Origin: Anthoceros angustus
Lineage: Eukaryota > Plantae > Anthocerotophyta
DNA length: 64,000 nt
Direction: 5' to 3'
Assembly (NCBI GenBank): GCA_010909165.1
Contig: MU008194.1
Location: forward strand, 372,001 to 436,000
Below the pieces are notes generated by a model. The model worked only from the letters and a program-made list of their open reading frames with translations. It made no database searches and had not been told where the DNA came from. Shown here one piece after another: positions 1 to 13,340 of this stretch. The position numbers and the translations under genes were made by a program. The stretch's first letter is position 1. Each line of letters begins with the position of its first letter.

Positions 1-3000
1 AATTGGTGGAAATATTGCCGGTTCTGATGGAGCAGCAAAATCTTGGCGATAGGATTTTGAGAAAACTCTGTGCCCTTCACGTTGTCCAAGACATTCGGCG
101 GATGAATCTGAAGCATAAGAATAACCCCCAAAATAAGGCTCTTCAGAACGTGCTGTTCAAGCTTGTGCAGGTGAGTTCTTGTTCTCTTCATTTGCTAGCG
201 TAACGAGAGATTGTACTTAGTTTTCAAGTTGGCACACAATGCATTCAGCGCTCCTCATGGGTCTTCTCGAATGTGCCTGAAAGCTCAGGACGAAGATGAG
301 GTGAAGGCCAAAAGGGCTTTAGTTGTTTTAGCCGAACTCCACAGGCGGAAAGTTTGGGTGGACGAGCGCACATCAAATGCCATCTGTACAGCGTGCTTTC
401 ACAAGTCCTCTAGGTACTGCCACTCTTTCCTGCAGGAGAATGCTGAAGACTCTGACAATGGAACGGATTTCTTGTTGCTTCTAGATGCATCTCTTATCTG
501 CAGAGTTCACTGACTTTCCATTGCTGACAGAATAATGATTTCTGCTTTGCGGTTCCTGCTCGGATATGATCGGGAGATCAAAGAGGCTGATGACTCTGAT
601 GATGATGAGGCTGATGTCGAAAAGCCGTCTGGTGCAGTGTCTGTTGACCGTGAGGCGTTTTACAAGGTGAGATAGCTGATTTGAACAGGTGACCTTCTTA
701 CAAAGAAGTCAGGCAAGCTGTTTTATCATTCTAATGAGGTGCCATCCTCTGGCAATGCAGGCTCATCACAAGGGAACGACATCTAGTCAAAAGAAAAAGC
801 AGGCCAAATTGCAGCGAGCAATCAGAAGTATGAAGAAACAGCAGCGCCTTGAAAGTACAAAATCAGAATATGTTGGCTATATTCCTTTGAAGCATGTTTA
901 TGATCCACAAGTGAGTCTCGTGTTAAAGCCAGAGTGTTTTGGTGCAGCCCCTTGATAAGAGGGACTTCCATTCACGAGATTTGCACTTCCACCTTATGCT
1001 TGATCACTGGGAGTGGCTGATCCGCTTCTGATGCTTTTTTGCATGTGTTTCTCTCAATCAGAAATTTGCTGAGAAGCTGTTTGAGAGGCTTCGTTCTTGT
1101 AATGAGCGCTTTGAGGTATGGAGTTTCTTCTCTCTAAGGTTATGGGTGATGTCGCTCAGCACTATTTGTTCTTATCCTAATAATCTGGCGTATGGCCTGC
1201 AGGTGAAATTGATGATGATGTCAGTGATATCAAGGGCTATTGGCATTCACAGGCTGATCCTTCTCAATTTCTATCCCTTTCTTCAAAAATATATACAGGT
1301 TAGCGTTTGCTCAGACCCTTGCTACTATCTCACAGTTCCAGCCACCAGAACTTGCTTCTCATATCTCCTCTGTGCTGCAAATGCAGCCACATCAGCGGGA
1401 TGTAACTCATCTTCTTGCTGCAGCTGTCCAAGCCTGTCATGACCTGGTACACCAATCATAAACTGTTGAAACTTTGGTGAAGCCACCTCCAGCTACTTTT
1501 CAGTTTGCCAGGAACATAAAATTTGAGTGCTTACAGGTACCCCCTGATGCTGTAGAGACACTAGTGAGGCAACTCGTGAACCAGTTTGTGCATGACCGAG
1601 CTCGCCCAGAGGTACTTGTTTTCTTCCAGTTATTTTCATCGGAGTATGGTGATGGGTCTTGTGTAGCTTCAAATCTTTGCCTTCAAACCAATCTTCACAT
1701 GATAAGAGTCTCAGAGTGATGGCTTGTAGAAACGTTTCTTGATGACGCCACTTATTTTCGGCCATATGTACAGGTGATAGCTGTGGGCCTAAATGTGGTC
1801 AGGGAGATGTGCATCCGGATGCCTCTGGTTTGCTGCCATGCTTACTCCCAACTCTCACTGAGAAAGTTGCTTCTACTGGTCATCAATTTTTTGTGTCTTT
1901 GAGCTTTCCATTCCAAGAGAGTCACATCGTGGCTTGTGTGCATATCAGATCATGACAGAAGAATTGCTTCGGGATCTTGCTGCTTACAAGAAGTCTCGGG
2001 AGAAGGCCATTTCGTCTGCAGCAAGAGGCCTAATTGCCGTCTATCGTCAGGTGAGCTGTGCTCCCAGAAAGGTCCTTCCTGCTGTGTGCTACATTAACCG
2101 GTGGCTAACTTGATTCCTGCTGATCAGCTTTGGCCATCCTTACTGGAGAAGAAAGATAGAGGCCGGGGGGCAAATCTTCAAGCACAGCCACGAGCATTTG
2201 GTGCAGCGGAGGTTGCCTCAGGTGTGCCAGGGGCTGAACTCCTGCAGGAAGATGATGCCTCTGATGAAAACTCAGATCTTGTCGAGGGCAATCTCAATGA
2301 AGAATGTGAATCTTCAGATGGAGAAGGTTCTGACTTGCAGACAGAAAACAGCAATGGTGAAAATGACCTGGAGACTAGTGAGCTGGAAGAAACAGATCCT
2401 GGAGGAGATGATGATCTCAGGGGGGACGATGAGGATGATGATGAACTTGATGGAGAGAGTGATGAGGATGAGGGGGATCAGGATACTGATGTGGATGAAG
2501 AGGAGGATGAAGAGGTGCAGGTTGAAGATGGAAAAGAAGGAAGCTCTATGGGAGACGGGTATGATGCAGTACCGAACAACAGGAAAAGGAAGTTTGTAAC
2601 AGACGGTCCTATTCAAGAGCAGAGTCTTCGGAATTTGAAAAGGCTTGCTGCTGGTGGAGCTTCAGCAGCTTCTGAGGCTGTGAGCCAAGATGGTGATGGC
2701 ATCTTATCAAATGAGGACTTTGAACGGATTCGCAAGCTGCAGGTGAGGTGACAGGAATCACTTTTTTCGGTGGCCAGGATGCTTTCCTTTGTTGCCTAGC
2801 TCCTGTCTTTGTACGTGCATAACGTTGCTAGTGTGTAAATCAGGCTAAGCGGGCGACACAAACAGCGCTAGCAGCACATGGTATGGCTAAAGGAAGCAAG
2901 GGGAGAAACACGCCAATCAAAATTCCAGAGTCTAACAGTATCAGCGACAGAAGAGTGGATCCTTCCGATCTGGAGGTACTCCCTTCAAGCAGCATTGCTG

Positions 3001-3415
3001 AATTGTTGAACAAAACAAGGTGGCCCTCTGCTTTGGAACTGGTCTCTAAAACGCCTAATTTGCACGTGCAGCCTATGATCCACAAACGAAGAGAGAGGGA
3101 AGAGCGGATAGCTGCAGCTAAGGCTGGCCGTGAGGATCGTCAAGCATATGGTGCTCGCACTGCCATTAAGAAGAAGAAGGTATGTCACTTTTGTGCAGCC
3201 ATGGCTGCCTTGTGGCGCAGGCTACGAGTCGCCCCTAACGACATAACGTATTGTGCTTGCAGAGTGGAGGGTTGAGCAACAGGGAGAAGGAGAAGCGGAA
3301 AGGATTGCCTTTAGCTGCAAAACGAGCCAAGATTGCACGATCAAAGGAGCGAAAGAAAGTGAAAGGAAGGTCAGCTGCCAAACAATTCAGAGGCAAGAAG
3401 GCTTGGAAACAATAG
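1..3415 (+). CDS. SDA1: SDA1 ribosome biogenesis (60S) protein, multi-exon, starts upstream of the window
   Basis: Spliced exons give [72 protein letters not shown], an acidic tract, [12 protein letters not shown] and C-terminal GGLSNREKE...[10 protein letters not shown] (TAG 3413-3415); GT-AG introns. Confidence 0.93.
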
Positions 3416-3929
3416 TGCAAGATCATATACACTTTTTTGTGTTTTACAAAATTTCACGGTCGCCATTCCTGCCCAACATACTGTGCTCTTCTGTTGGCAA
3501 CCCATCAACCACTACATCCGCATCGGGATGGTGCACGCTGATGGAAGCGTTCCACTTGCCTCCTTGGCTCGGTCCCTCCAGCAGGACCCTTCTTGCCGAC
3601 ATCAACATCCTCGTCATCCATTGAAGCTGCGTCAACCATGTCAATGCAGGTTGTGAAGCAACAGTGTACATGATTAAGTGCCCACTTGACTTTGGCCATG
3701 TAATTTGCACCGCACTTGCTGAAAAATCTACATGGACGTTTCTTCGGCGAAGAGATGGGCACACCGTTGATCCTCTAAATCCTCATTGTTAGTGCTCATA
3801 CTCCTCCTATCCTCGTCCAGTCTGAAGAGACTGTAAGACATTGAAGGCAGTTCCCAATAAGAAATTGAGGCAGTTCTCGCCGAGGCGGTCGTCTATATAT
3901 CTGTCTGGGCATGGACCACTACCGAATTG

Positions 3930-4095
3930 TCCATGCTGAACTGCTCTTTCAGGATTGGAATAATGTGCTCTTTCAGGATTGAAAGTTGTCTATGCTAAAC
4001 TGCTTTTTCGGGATTGGAATAATGTATGTGCTGAACTGCTCTTTCAGGATTGGAATAACGTTTGTGCTGAACTACTCTTTCAAGATTGAAATAAC
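3930..4095. repeat. Minisatellite, ~5 imperfect copies with core tgctgaactgctctttcaggattggaataa
   Basis: Direct repeats read in the sequence. Confidence 0.85.
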
Positions 4096-4103
4096 CTTTT
4101 CCG

Positions 4104-4700
4104 TTACTTGGGCCTCCAAGAGCACACCCTTTCTTTTAAAAGCAGCATCTCCTCCTTAAACAAAGATTTTTCTTGCAACACCCTCATAAGCACATTCTCT
4201 AGTTTGATGTTCGTCAAGTACGCAAAGTCTCTCTTCATATCATGGAGCTTTTGCGGCCTCTACTATTGCCAAACATATGCAGCCTCGTTATGATGGAGTA
4301 TTGAATCTATGTGGTTCACCAAATATATTTGCTACTCGGCAGGGCACACTTCTTCCCTAGCAACCCCCTTGAAGCCCACCATGACGAAGCACACAGGTAT
4401 TTCGGCCCGCTCCACGCACTGCTAGGCCAAAGAATCCTCATTCCGAATGTCAGGAGTGCTGGTGCTGAGGGTGTCCACCAGCAGCAAATGGCCCATGTGA
4501 CCGCTAGAAAGTGTCAGTTCGCACCTGTAAACTTCCATACTAGCCCGTCTCTGTGGTTAGAGTGACTTTTATCGATTTTACGTACCAAGTTGCCTCGGCC
4601 ACACTTGCTCAAGATGCATCTCACAAGAGTGGTCTTGCCTACCTTCTCCTCTCCGACCACCAAAACGACTTTATGAAAATGGCGAAGTTTCTTGTCTACC
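4104..4700 (-). pseudogene. Decayed TRAFAC-class P-loop GTPase gene fragment
   Basis: Manual translation gives KVVLVVGEEKVGKTTLVRCIL (G1), a 35-nt GT-AG intron at 4585-4551, LLLVDTLS (G3-like DTxG) and YLVNHID (G4-like NKxD); four in-frame TAG stops. Confidence 0.7.
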
Positions 4701-4729
4701 CTACAAATGAGAAGTTTACATGTCGGTGG

Positions 4730-4960
4730 TTTATTCGATATTTTACATTCAATAGATTATTCGACATTTTACATTCAATAGTTTATTCGATATTTTACAT
4801 TCGACAGTTTATTCGATATTTTACATTCAATAGATTATTCGATATTTTACATTCAACAGTTTATTCAATATTTTACATTCGACAGTTTATTTGATATTTT
4901 ATATTCAACAGATTATTAAACATTTTACATTCAACAGTTTATTCGATATTTTATATTCGA
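4730..4960. repeat. AT-rich minisatellite, 26-bp unit ttattcgatattttacattcaa(t/c)ag(a/t), ~9 copies
   Basis: Direct tandem repeats. Confidence 0.92.
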
Positions 4961-7900
4961 GAATTTAACAAGTTTGCGCACCAGAATCACAACAAGCCCT
5001 AAAAACTCTAAATGTTTGTACATGTGCCGGTTGTGAGAATGACTTTCTTTTACGAAGGCTCAGAATTGGATAAAGTTGAAAATCAAATACAACTGTGCAC
5101 ACATTAATAAGACCTAAACTCTTCAAAACGGCCGTTTTTGGTGCGGATTTTTTAGCATGCAATTTGGGGTTGTGGAAGTCCGTGTGCAAAAAAGGGTTAC
5201 TGAAGAAACCCCTTTCTACCTAGACGCTGTCCGGCGGGCGAGCTCACATCACGAGTAGGGTGTGAGGGCCCGGGTGGAACATGTCTCAAAGAAAAAAGCT
5301 TTGCCTCTAAATTAACCAAAGAGAGAGATTTAAGACCGTATAGTCTAGGCAACGGATCTGTAATAGCCTTCGCCTTGCTCGGGCTGCAGTCGGTGGGTGG
5401 GTCTAGCGCACCGGCCATCTAACTCGGCCGTGATGCTACGCGACGGAATGTGCACACGTCGGGGAGGACGACTTAGAGGAGTTGAGGTCTAGCGGCCTCG
5501 ACTCCTTTGCGCCAGAGTGCCCCTCCGATCACACGTTCTATAATACAAAAAAACTTGCTCAACGTGCTTCCTACACTGTGATTGCGAGGCGGGAGATGGG
5601 ATTTGCATGCCCTCCTGCCCACGCTTGTACCGTTCTGGGGATCAAAGAAAAGGTTATATTGGGATCATTTTTTGAGGACACACATCACCGGACAGCCGGC
5701 TTTGATTTCTAACGGTTTAAAGCAGCACAATGCCCATGGCACCGGCCAGCGTGATGACCCACAAATGTCTGGCCCTGGCCCCTCTACATTCACCTTGCGT
5801 GTCCTAGCCAAGTCAGCACAATGAATGACTCCGGCCGCATAGCCATCTGCTGCCGCGGTGAGAGGGAATTATGTACAGGGTGAGCTTAAAGTAGCAGACC
5901 AGGGAGCTCTGTAAAAGCAAGATGTGGAGGAATGCCAAGCAATGAGATTCCCACCACGCGCCCTTAGGATACACACAACAAGAGCCTCATAGCTAAATTA
6001 GCCCTTGGCTATGCAATCCAAGTGAACATTTCTTTAAACTTCAGGCCATGCTGATCTTTTGGTGAAATCCTTGAGAGCTTTCTCCAGAAGCAATGGCAAA
6101 CTATCAAACATTTCTTGTTTGAAAGCCCATTTAAGGCGTACCTACAACATTTTATTTCATAGCCATCCAATTTCATACGCTTGAAATATCATCAAACACA
6201 GAATTGTAGGCCACATGGTTACGGTCACTGTCCAGTGGATTTAGCACCATGGCTTTCTCATTTGTGTCCGGGAGCACATTCAAGGGTTAATGCGAAAGAA
6301 TTACAAATGAGGTCGTAGACAACCAGCAACTGTCCAATGGATGTATCACCGTGTACATGCGTGCCGGTGGATGTATCACCGCGTACACGCTGGGTTTTTG
6401 TTTCAAGTTTTTGTATATTTTATTTATATTAAGGTGTATATGATGATTCTATATCTCAAATCAGTATTTGAGCTAATTATATGTGAAGGTCATTGATGTG
6501 AATAGAGATCATTCACACGCTAATAAGCCTGCATTTTAGAAATAGAGGGAGTCAATTTCATACTTGAATTAGTTCATTTCAAACTTAAGTTATATGTGAT
6601 ACTGAATGTTTCTCTAAATCTAAATCTAAGTTATAACAAATGTGTATTAGATTTTATTGAATATCTTTACCCTATATTTTTTAAAAACTATGAAAAAAAC
6701 TATTTAAAAAAGTTGTACCAACTTTTAAACACTTTTCGACGCTCCTCATGTATGGGAAGGAGTCGACTCAAAGCTTAAAGAGACCTTCCTTGAGAGCATG
6801 GCTCGGGGTACAAGTTTCTATTGTTGTTCACCTGCTGTCTCGGTTGACTAACCCGTTTACTGTTGCTTTGATCATTGTTATGCAGTGATCATGTATGCAC
6901 TCTAATGATTAAATGTTGTTCAAAGGCCTTGCCATTCCATCTAATTCTTGTCATATAGAAGTCATCAGCTCAGTGTTGCAACATAGAGCATTGTTAAGCA
7001 ACCAATGGCAAACGGGTTGAGACCAACTGACTTTGCTAATTGCCCATCCAGAGTTGCGAACAAAGTGCTCAACTTATGTCTCCCATGTTTCAGCTCTTGT
7101 CCCAACACGAGACTGCCCTGTGTGCAAGAAATTGTCTTCTCTAACAAAAGTCTGAATGCGTCTTGTGCATTAGGCTTACCTATGGAAGAGCAATTTCCAA
7201 TTCCTTATTTCCTAGCAGCAATTGGCATTGAATGTGTGTTTTTCTCTTCCCTTTAGGTAACAGCAGAAATTTGCTCTCATAAATTTGTTCTTGGGACGGG
7301 CAACCCAGGAGTTCGAAGTATGATCCCGGTGCACGGACATACCGTCCGAGTAGTTGAACTCGCTTGTTGTGAAAGATGGGTCATGGTGGGTCATGGTGGG
7401 TCATGGTGCCTCACCTTCCAAGTGGAGCAAACCGGAAAAGCCTGAGGCTGGCAGGCGTTTCATTGCCGTTTACGCAAATTGTACAATGTGTCGCCATTTC
7501 TGACCTGCATATGTATTTTGTTTTCTGTTGGCGACCAATCAACCATACGTGCCCGCTCATCAATCTGATCACGTCACTGGCAGACCCCGGTCACGTAGCA
7601 TGGATGACTCGTTACTGTCTTCTTGCGGGCATCACCATTGCCGTCAATGCGTCATCCATTATTCAAGACATTTGTACCAGTTGTGACAAAGCAGGTGCAG
7701 GATGGATATGGCACGGCCGCCCCATAATATATAACCAATTGCTGTGTGGGGTCACGTACATATTCCGAGGTATGCCGGGATGTGATCACCTGCATAGGGG
7801 AGTTTGGGAGAGAACAACATCAGTCTGGATCATCACACCACCAGGGCAAGCCAAGTCCAGGGAGGCTGCACCAAGGGAAGGAGCATCTTCAGGCTGACTC

Positions 7901-8121
7901 TGTGCGCTTTTGCGAGCCTCCAAAATTATGCGAGCTGGGAAGGAAAGGATCCCCAGCAGGTATGGCAATGGCATTTTAGGTCTTTTCGTCTGCCACCATG
8001 GGCAAATTGCAACTGAGTGAGCATGCGTCCAGGTTTGGGGCAGGGTATCAATTCCTCGCACGGCAACTTGCAGGCTGATTGGCAAGACATTGGAGTGGTG
8101 TTCCAAAGGCTGGCGGCAACC

Positions 8122-10191
8122 ATGGATGCCTTGACTTGGATCCTGGCTGCACTGGTTGCCTTTGTACTCTATCTCTGCTACGAGCTATGGGTTGTCGAGA
8201 AGGATACACGGGGTCCCAAGGGCTGGCCAGTAATTGGCTGCACCGTTGACATAATTCGTCACAAAGATACCTTGTTGGACTGGCTCACTGTCTTCGCTAA
8301 GGAGCGTACCACGTTCAGAGTGCCCGCACTTCACCGCACTTTCACCGTCACGACGCACCCACCCAACATTGAGCACATTCTGAGAGGCAACTTCGAGAAC
8401 TTCCCTAAGGTAATGGATCAGGAATCCTAACAGTGTGTACTACCGGAATGGGATGCCTGATTCTGAGCATCTTGGATGCTTGTGACACACATGTGCTTGT
8501 CTCGCTTCAAAATGCGAACGCACCACTGAAGTGCATGCAGGGCAGGAATCCTTCCGTTTATTGGAAGAGCTGTTGGGGAATGGCATTTTCAACACTGATG
8601 GAGAGATGTGGAAGACGCAGCGGAAGACTGCAAGCTTCGAGTTCTCTTCCAGAGTGCTTCGTGATTACAGCACCAACGCGTTTAGAGACGGTGCTGTTCG
8701 GCTGTGCAGCATTATTGCCCAAGCTTCGGGAAAGGAGGAGGTTGTTGACATGCAGGTGAATGATGGTGTGCGGAGCATGTTGCAATCAGTCTTCTTAATG
8801 CTCAGGAATTTTGCCTGACAGATTCGGGCAAGCCATTGCAGGATCTCTTTCTGCGCATGACATTCGATTCCATTTGCAAAATCGGGTTTGGAGTTGAAAT
8901 GGGGACTCTGGATCTCAGCTTGCCTTTCAACGAATTCGCCAGTTGCTTCGATGCTGCATCAGCCAGGGCTTTTGACCGGTTCTTAGACCCATTGTGGAAG
9001 GTGAAGAGATTTCTGCGAGTAGGCAGTGAAGGCGCGATGATCAGACAAAGGAAGGTGTTAAATGAGTTCACAGGCAACGTGATTAGGGAACGCCAGGTTG
9101 AGATGAAAGCCCAGAGCGAGGCTGAGCACGAGGCGAGTTTCCGTGGTGGATGCTTGCCTGTTCTCGTGTATTCTGAAGTTCTGACCACCTCTCTTCTTAT
9201 CCCATGTTCGCAATGTGACGTGGTAGCCATGTTCCGGTGCCTGGGTTCAGGCAAGGTCGGATCTTCTGTCACGCTTCATAGTACTGGGCCGGGCGCACGG
9301 CAATCTGCTGGCCGATCGCGAAGACGCCAGCCAAACTCTGCGCGACATGATCCTCAATTTCATCATCGCCGGGCGTGACACTTCAGCTGTGGCTCTGTCA
9401 TGGTTCTTCTACCGCCTTGCTTGCCATCCTGAAGTGGAAGATAAGGTTGTGAGTGAGCTGCTGACATTGGAGAGGGGAGAGCAAGAGTCCAGCAGGGTGG
9501 AGGACAGTGTCCAGATATTCGCGAGCTCGCTCAACTACGAAACTCTGCATCATCTGGATTACTTGCACGCAGCTATCACCGAGACTCTGCGGCTGCATCC
9601 ATCGGTCCCGCTGGTAAGAAGCCACTTCGTCTCTGCTGTCGCTCTTTCCAGATCTACCAGCAGACTACAGCTGCCATGCACTTCTGCCTTTGCTTGCCTT
9701 GTGCCAGATTACAAAGACGACTGTAGCAGACGATACCCTCCCGGATGGAACAAGGTTGGAGAGAGGTTCGATGATCACATATGCTGCTTACTGCATGGGC
9801 CGTGTGGAAAGGGTATGGGGGGATGATGCTTGTGAGTTCAAGCCTGAGCGATGGCTGAAGAACGGCGTTTTCCAACCAGAGTCGCCTTACAAATTCATCT
9901 CCTTTAATGTCGGTCATTTCCTAACCCTAACAGCGCTGATAGCTGCCTTGCCAATGGCTAAATCTTACCAACGGTGCTCAATTTTGATGCTTGCAGGCTG
10001 GTCCCCGTTCTTGTTTGGGCAAGGACTCTGCCTATCTCCAAATGAAGATGGCAGCAGCGCTCATCCTCCGGCATTTCAAGTTCCAGCTGGTCTCCTCTGG
10101 CAACGTGACCTATCGTGTGTCGTTGGTCGCTCCAATCAAGGACGGCTTGAAAATGAGAGTCCGCAGAAGAAACGATACAAGGAGTCTCTAA
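8122..10191 (+). CDS. Cytochrome P450, CYP86 clan, most like CYP704 (fatty-acid omega-hydroxylase)
   Basis: N-terminal TM anchor, NIEHIL..NFENFPKG, LLGNGIFNTDGEMWKTQRKTASFEF, RMTFDSICKIGFG, I-helix NFIIAGRDT, ETLR, PERW, heme motif FNAGPRSCLGKD split by the last intron; six exons. Confidence 0.92.
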
Positions 10192-12771
10192 GGCCGATCC
10201 TCCACCCGTGGTCTGCATTCCACCGACGTTGTGATCCTGTAAATTCTCTACACCATCTTGCTGGCTGCCCTATGTGGTTTCACAGGTGTATAAACTGTTG
10301 ACGTCATGAGACGGTAGACATCCACAAGTCGAAAACATATGGAGATGCCTCTGAATCATATCAAATGTGCAGCTGTCATCTACAGGCATTTGAACTTACG
10401 TGACTTTGGAATTGAGTTATTCGAAGAAGAGCACATATGGTGCTGACTGCCTGGCCTTGTCAAATATAACCTCCACATTGGATACACTGTCACTCTCCTG
10501 AAATTCCTTATGCGTTGTCAAAGAAGTGGAACCCTCCCAGGCATCACTCAGGGAGAAGCTTCCAAGCTGCAGTGCTCCATAGGTGGCCATTTATTTTTTC
10601 GTTAATTCGTCCAGCACTGCTCAAAGCTTAGGCTTCAAAAAAACACGTATGGTTAGCAGGTGCTCGTATTGGAAAGCAAGAAGCTTTCCAAAAAATTCTT
10701 GCTTTCCAAAAAATGCAGCAAGAGATCCCTGGCTGCCTTTCTTCTTCGTTGCTGGTTGAGGGTTAGGGCGGAAATAACATTGCAAGAAAGGTGCCATGAT
10801 GCTGTCACAAGCAGACAGCTTGTAGGACTTGGGAGATTAGGTTACGGAGTTATGTCTTGGTGGTAGAGGAATCGGGTGAAGTCCAGTAGGACTCGGGAAA
10901 TTAGGTTACGGAGTTATGTCTTGGTGGTAGAGGAATCGGGTGACGTCCAGTAGTAGGATGACTTTATTTAACAAGTAGGTGACACTTTACAAAGAAAGAA
11001 GAGGGGTCATTGTAAGAAAGAGCACCCTTTATTAAGATGAAAATAATACCCACTAAACAATGAATAGTAGTTGGATGAAAATGATGAAAAGAAAAATCTA
11101 TTTTAGTTGTTCTCGCTTCAAGAGTGATATCGAGACATACCATGCTAGCTTAGGACTCCAAATTCCAAAATACATCCAGATTCTATATTCGTAAGACATA
11201 GAAAGCAGAGAACGACTCTCCTCGTAGAAAATATACTCTCCTCTTTGTCTCTTAGCATATAAGACTCCATCAATCAAGCTTGCCCCACACTTGTGAACTT
11301 ACAAAGTGCTAATCTTATAATACAAGAAAATCCCTTTACAAATTCATCTCCTTTAATGTCGGTCATTTCCTAACCCTAACAGCGCTGATAGCTGCCTTGC
11401 CAATGGCTAAATCTTACCAACGGTGCTCAATTTTGATGCTTGCAGGCTGGTCCCCGTTCTTGTTTGGGCAAGGACTCTGCCTATCTCCAAATGAAGATGG
11501 CAGCAGCGCTCATCCTCCGGCATTTCAAGTTCCAGCTGGTCTCCTCTGGCAACGTGACCTATCGTGTGTCGTTGGTCGCTCCAATCAAGGACGGCTTGAA
11601 AATGAGAGTCCGCAGAAGAAACGATACAAGGAGTCTCTAAGGCCGATCCTCCACCCGTGGTCTGCATTCCACCGACGTTGTGATCCTGTAAATTCTCTAC
11701 ACCATCTTGCTGGCTGCCCTATGTGGTTTCACAGGTGTATAAACTGTTGACGTCATGAGACGGTAGACATCCACAAGTCGAAAACATATGGAGATGCCTC
11801 TGAATCATATCAAATGTGCAGCTGTCATCTACAGGCATTTGAACTTACGTGACTTTGAAAGAGCACATATGGTGCTGACTGCCTGGCCTTGTCAAATATA
11901 ACCTCCACATTGGATACACTGTCACTCTCCTGAAATTCCTTATGCGTTGTCAAAGAAGTGGAACCCTCCCAGGCATCACTCAGGAGAAGCTTCCAAGCTG
12001 CAGTGCTCCATAGGTGGCCATTTATTTTTCGTTAATTCGTCCAGCACTGCTCAAAGCTTAGGCTTCAAAAAAACACGTATGGTTAGCAGGTGCTCGTATT
12101 GGAAAGCAAGAAGCTTTCCAAAAATTCTGCTTTCCAAAAATGCAGCAAGAGATCCCTGGCTGCCTTTCTTCTTCGTTGCTGGTTGAGGGTTAGGGCGGAA
12201 ATAACATTGCAAGAAAGGTGCCATGATGCTGCTCACAAGCAGACAGCTTGTAGGACTTGGGAGATTAGGTTACAGTTATGTCTTGGTGGTAGAGGAATCG
12301 GGTGAAGTCCAGTAGGACTCGGGAAATTAGGTTACGGAGTTATGTCTTGGTGGTAGAGGAATCGGGTGACGTCCAGTAGTAGGATGACTTTATTTAACAA
12401 GTAGGTGACACTTTACAAAGAAAGAAGAGGGGTCATTGTAAGAAAGAGCACCCTTTATTAAGATGAAAATAATACCCACTAAACAATGAATAGTAGTTGG
12501 ATGAAAATGATGAAAAGAAAAATCTATTTTAGTTGTTCTCGCTTCAAGAGTGATATCGAGACATACCATGCTAGCTTAGGACTCCAAATTCCAAAATACA
12601 TCTGTATTCTATATTCGTGTAAGACATAGAAAACAGAGAACGCACTCTCCCTCGTAGAAAATATACTCTCCCTCTTTGTCTCTTAGCATATAAGACTCCA
12701 TCAATCAAGCTTGCCCCACACTTGTGAACTTACAAAGTGCTAATCTTATAATACAGCAAATCAGTTTACAA
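9887..12771. repeat. Tandem duplication of ~1449 bp (9887-11335 / 11336-12771) covering the last P450 intron and exon, 3' UTR and an LTR-like segment
   Basis: ORFs 9991-10191 and 11440-11640 are identical; flanks near-identical with small indels; ttacaa microhomology at the junction. Confidence 0.95.
10821..11340. mobile_element. Solo-LTR-like segment (second copy 12249-12770)
   Basis: Begins TGTA and ends TACA, ~520 bp, internal ~60-bp tandem duplication, TATA-like motif on the minus strand; no TSD found. Confidence 0.4.
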
Positions 12772-13340
12772 GACACGGCCTCTTAATAATCTACCATCTG
12801 CGAGCGCTGCACATATACACCATGCAGACGAGTGCTATCACATCCTCTGACCCTGAGCATACGAGGGTAATGTCTTCTACCGATGGGACTACTAGAAAGA
12901 TCCTCGAACAAGATGCTGCAGAACTTGCCTTGCTATCTCCTAGTTCATATGATGGACGCCTTTGCTCACAGATGTACCTAGGAGAGAGCTCGACCTAAAG
13001 ACAAGTAGATTGAGAGGGGAGGAACTGGTCTTGTGGGTACAAATCAAAGAGGCCGCTTCTTAGACTTGGTCAATCTCTTGAACTTGGCAGCCGCTTATAT
13101 AGCACCCATATTACTGTAGTGAACGCCCACATCACCCTAGTCAGCGTAAACGAGTCGACTCTGAATTGAATATTCACGATCACTATTAAAAAAGACCTAC
13201 TTTAGTTAGCTACTTTCTTCAATCTTCAATGTGTTGAGGCTTCGATGCAGTCGTAGCTTTCAGGATACTATGTGGCCTGTATGTTTTTGTATTCTTGTTA
13301 GTTTTCTTCATATTGTAATATTTCAACAAAGTATAAATAT

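Noticed and set aside
4380-4500. Minus-strand CWWTPSAPALLTFGMRIL resembles a hAT transposase dimerisation motif
   Set aside because: Another frame of the same bases gives collinear GTPase G1/G3/G4 motifs, which is the better explanation; no other hAT motifs or TIRs were seen.
12780-13150. Coding-like stretch with many TGA/TAG stops
   Set aside because: Probably a decayed element, but I could not assign a family.
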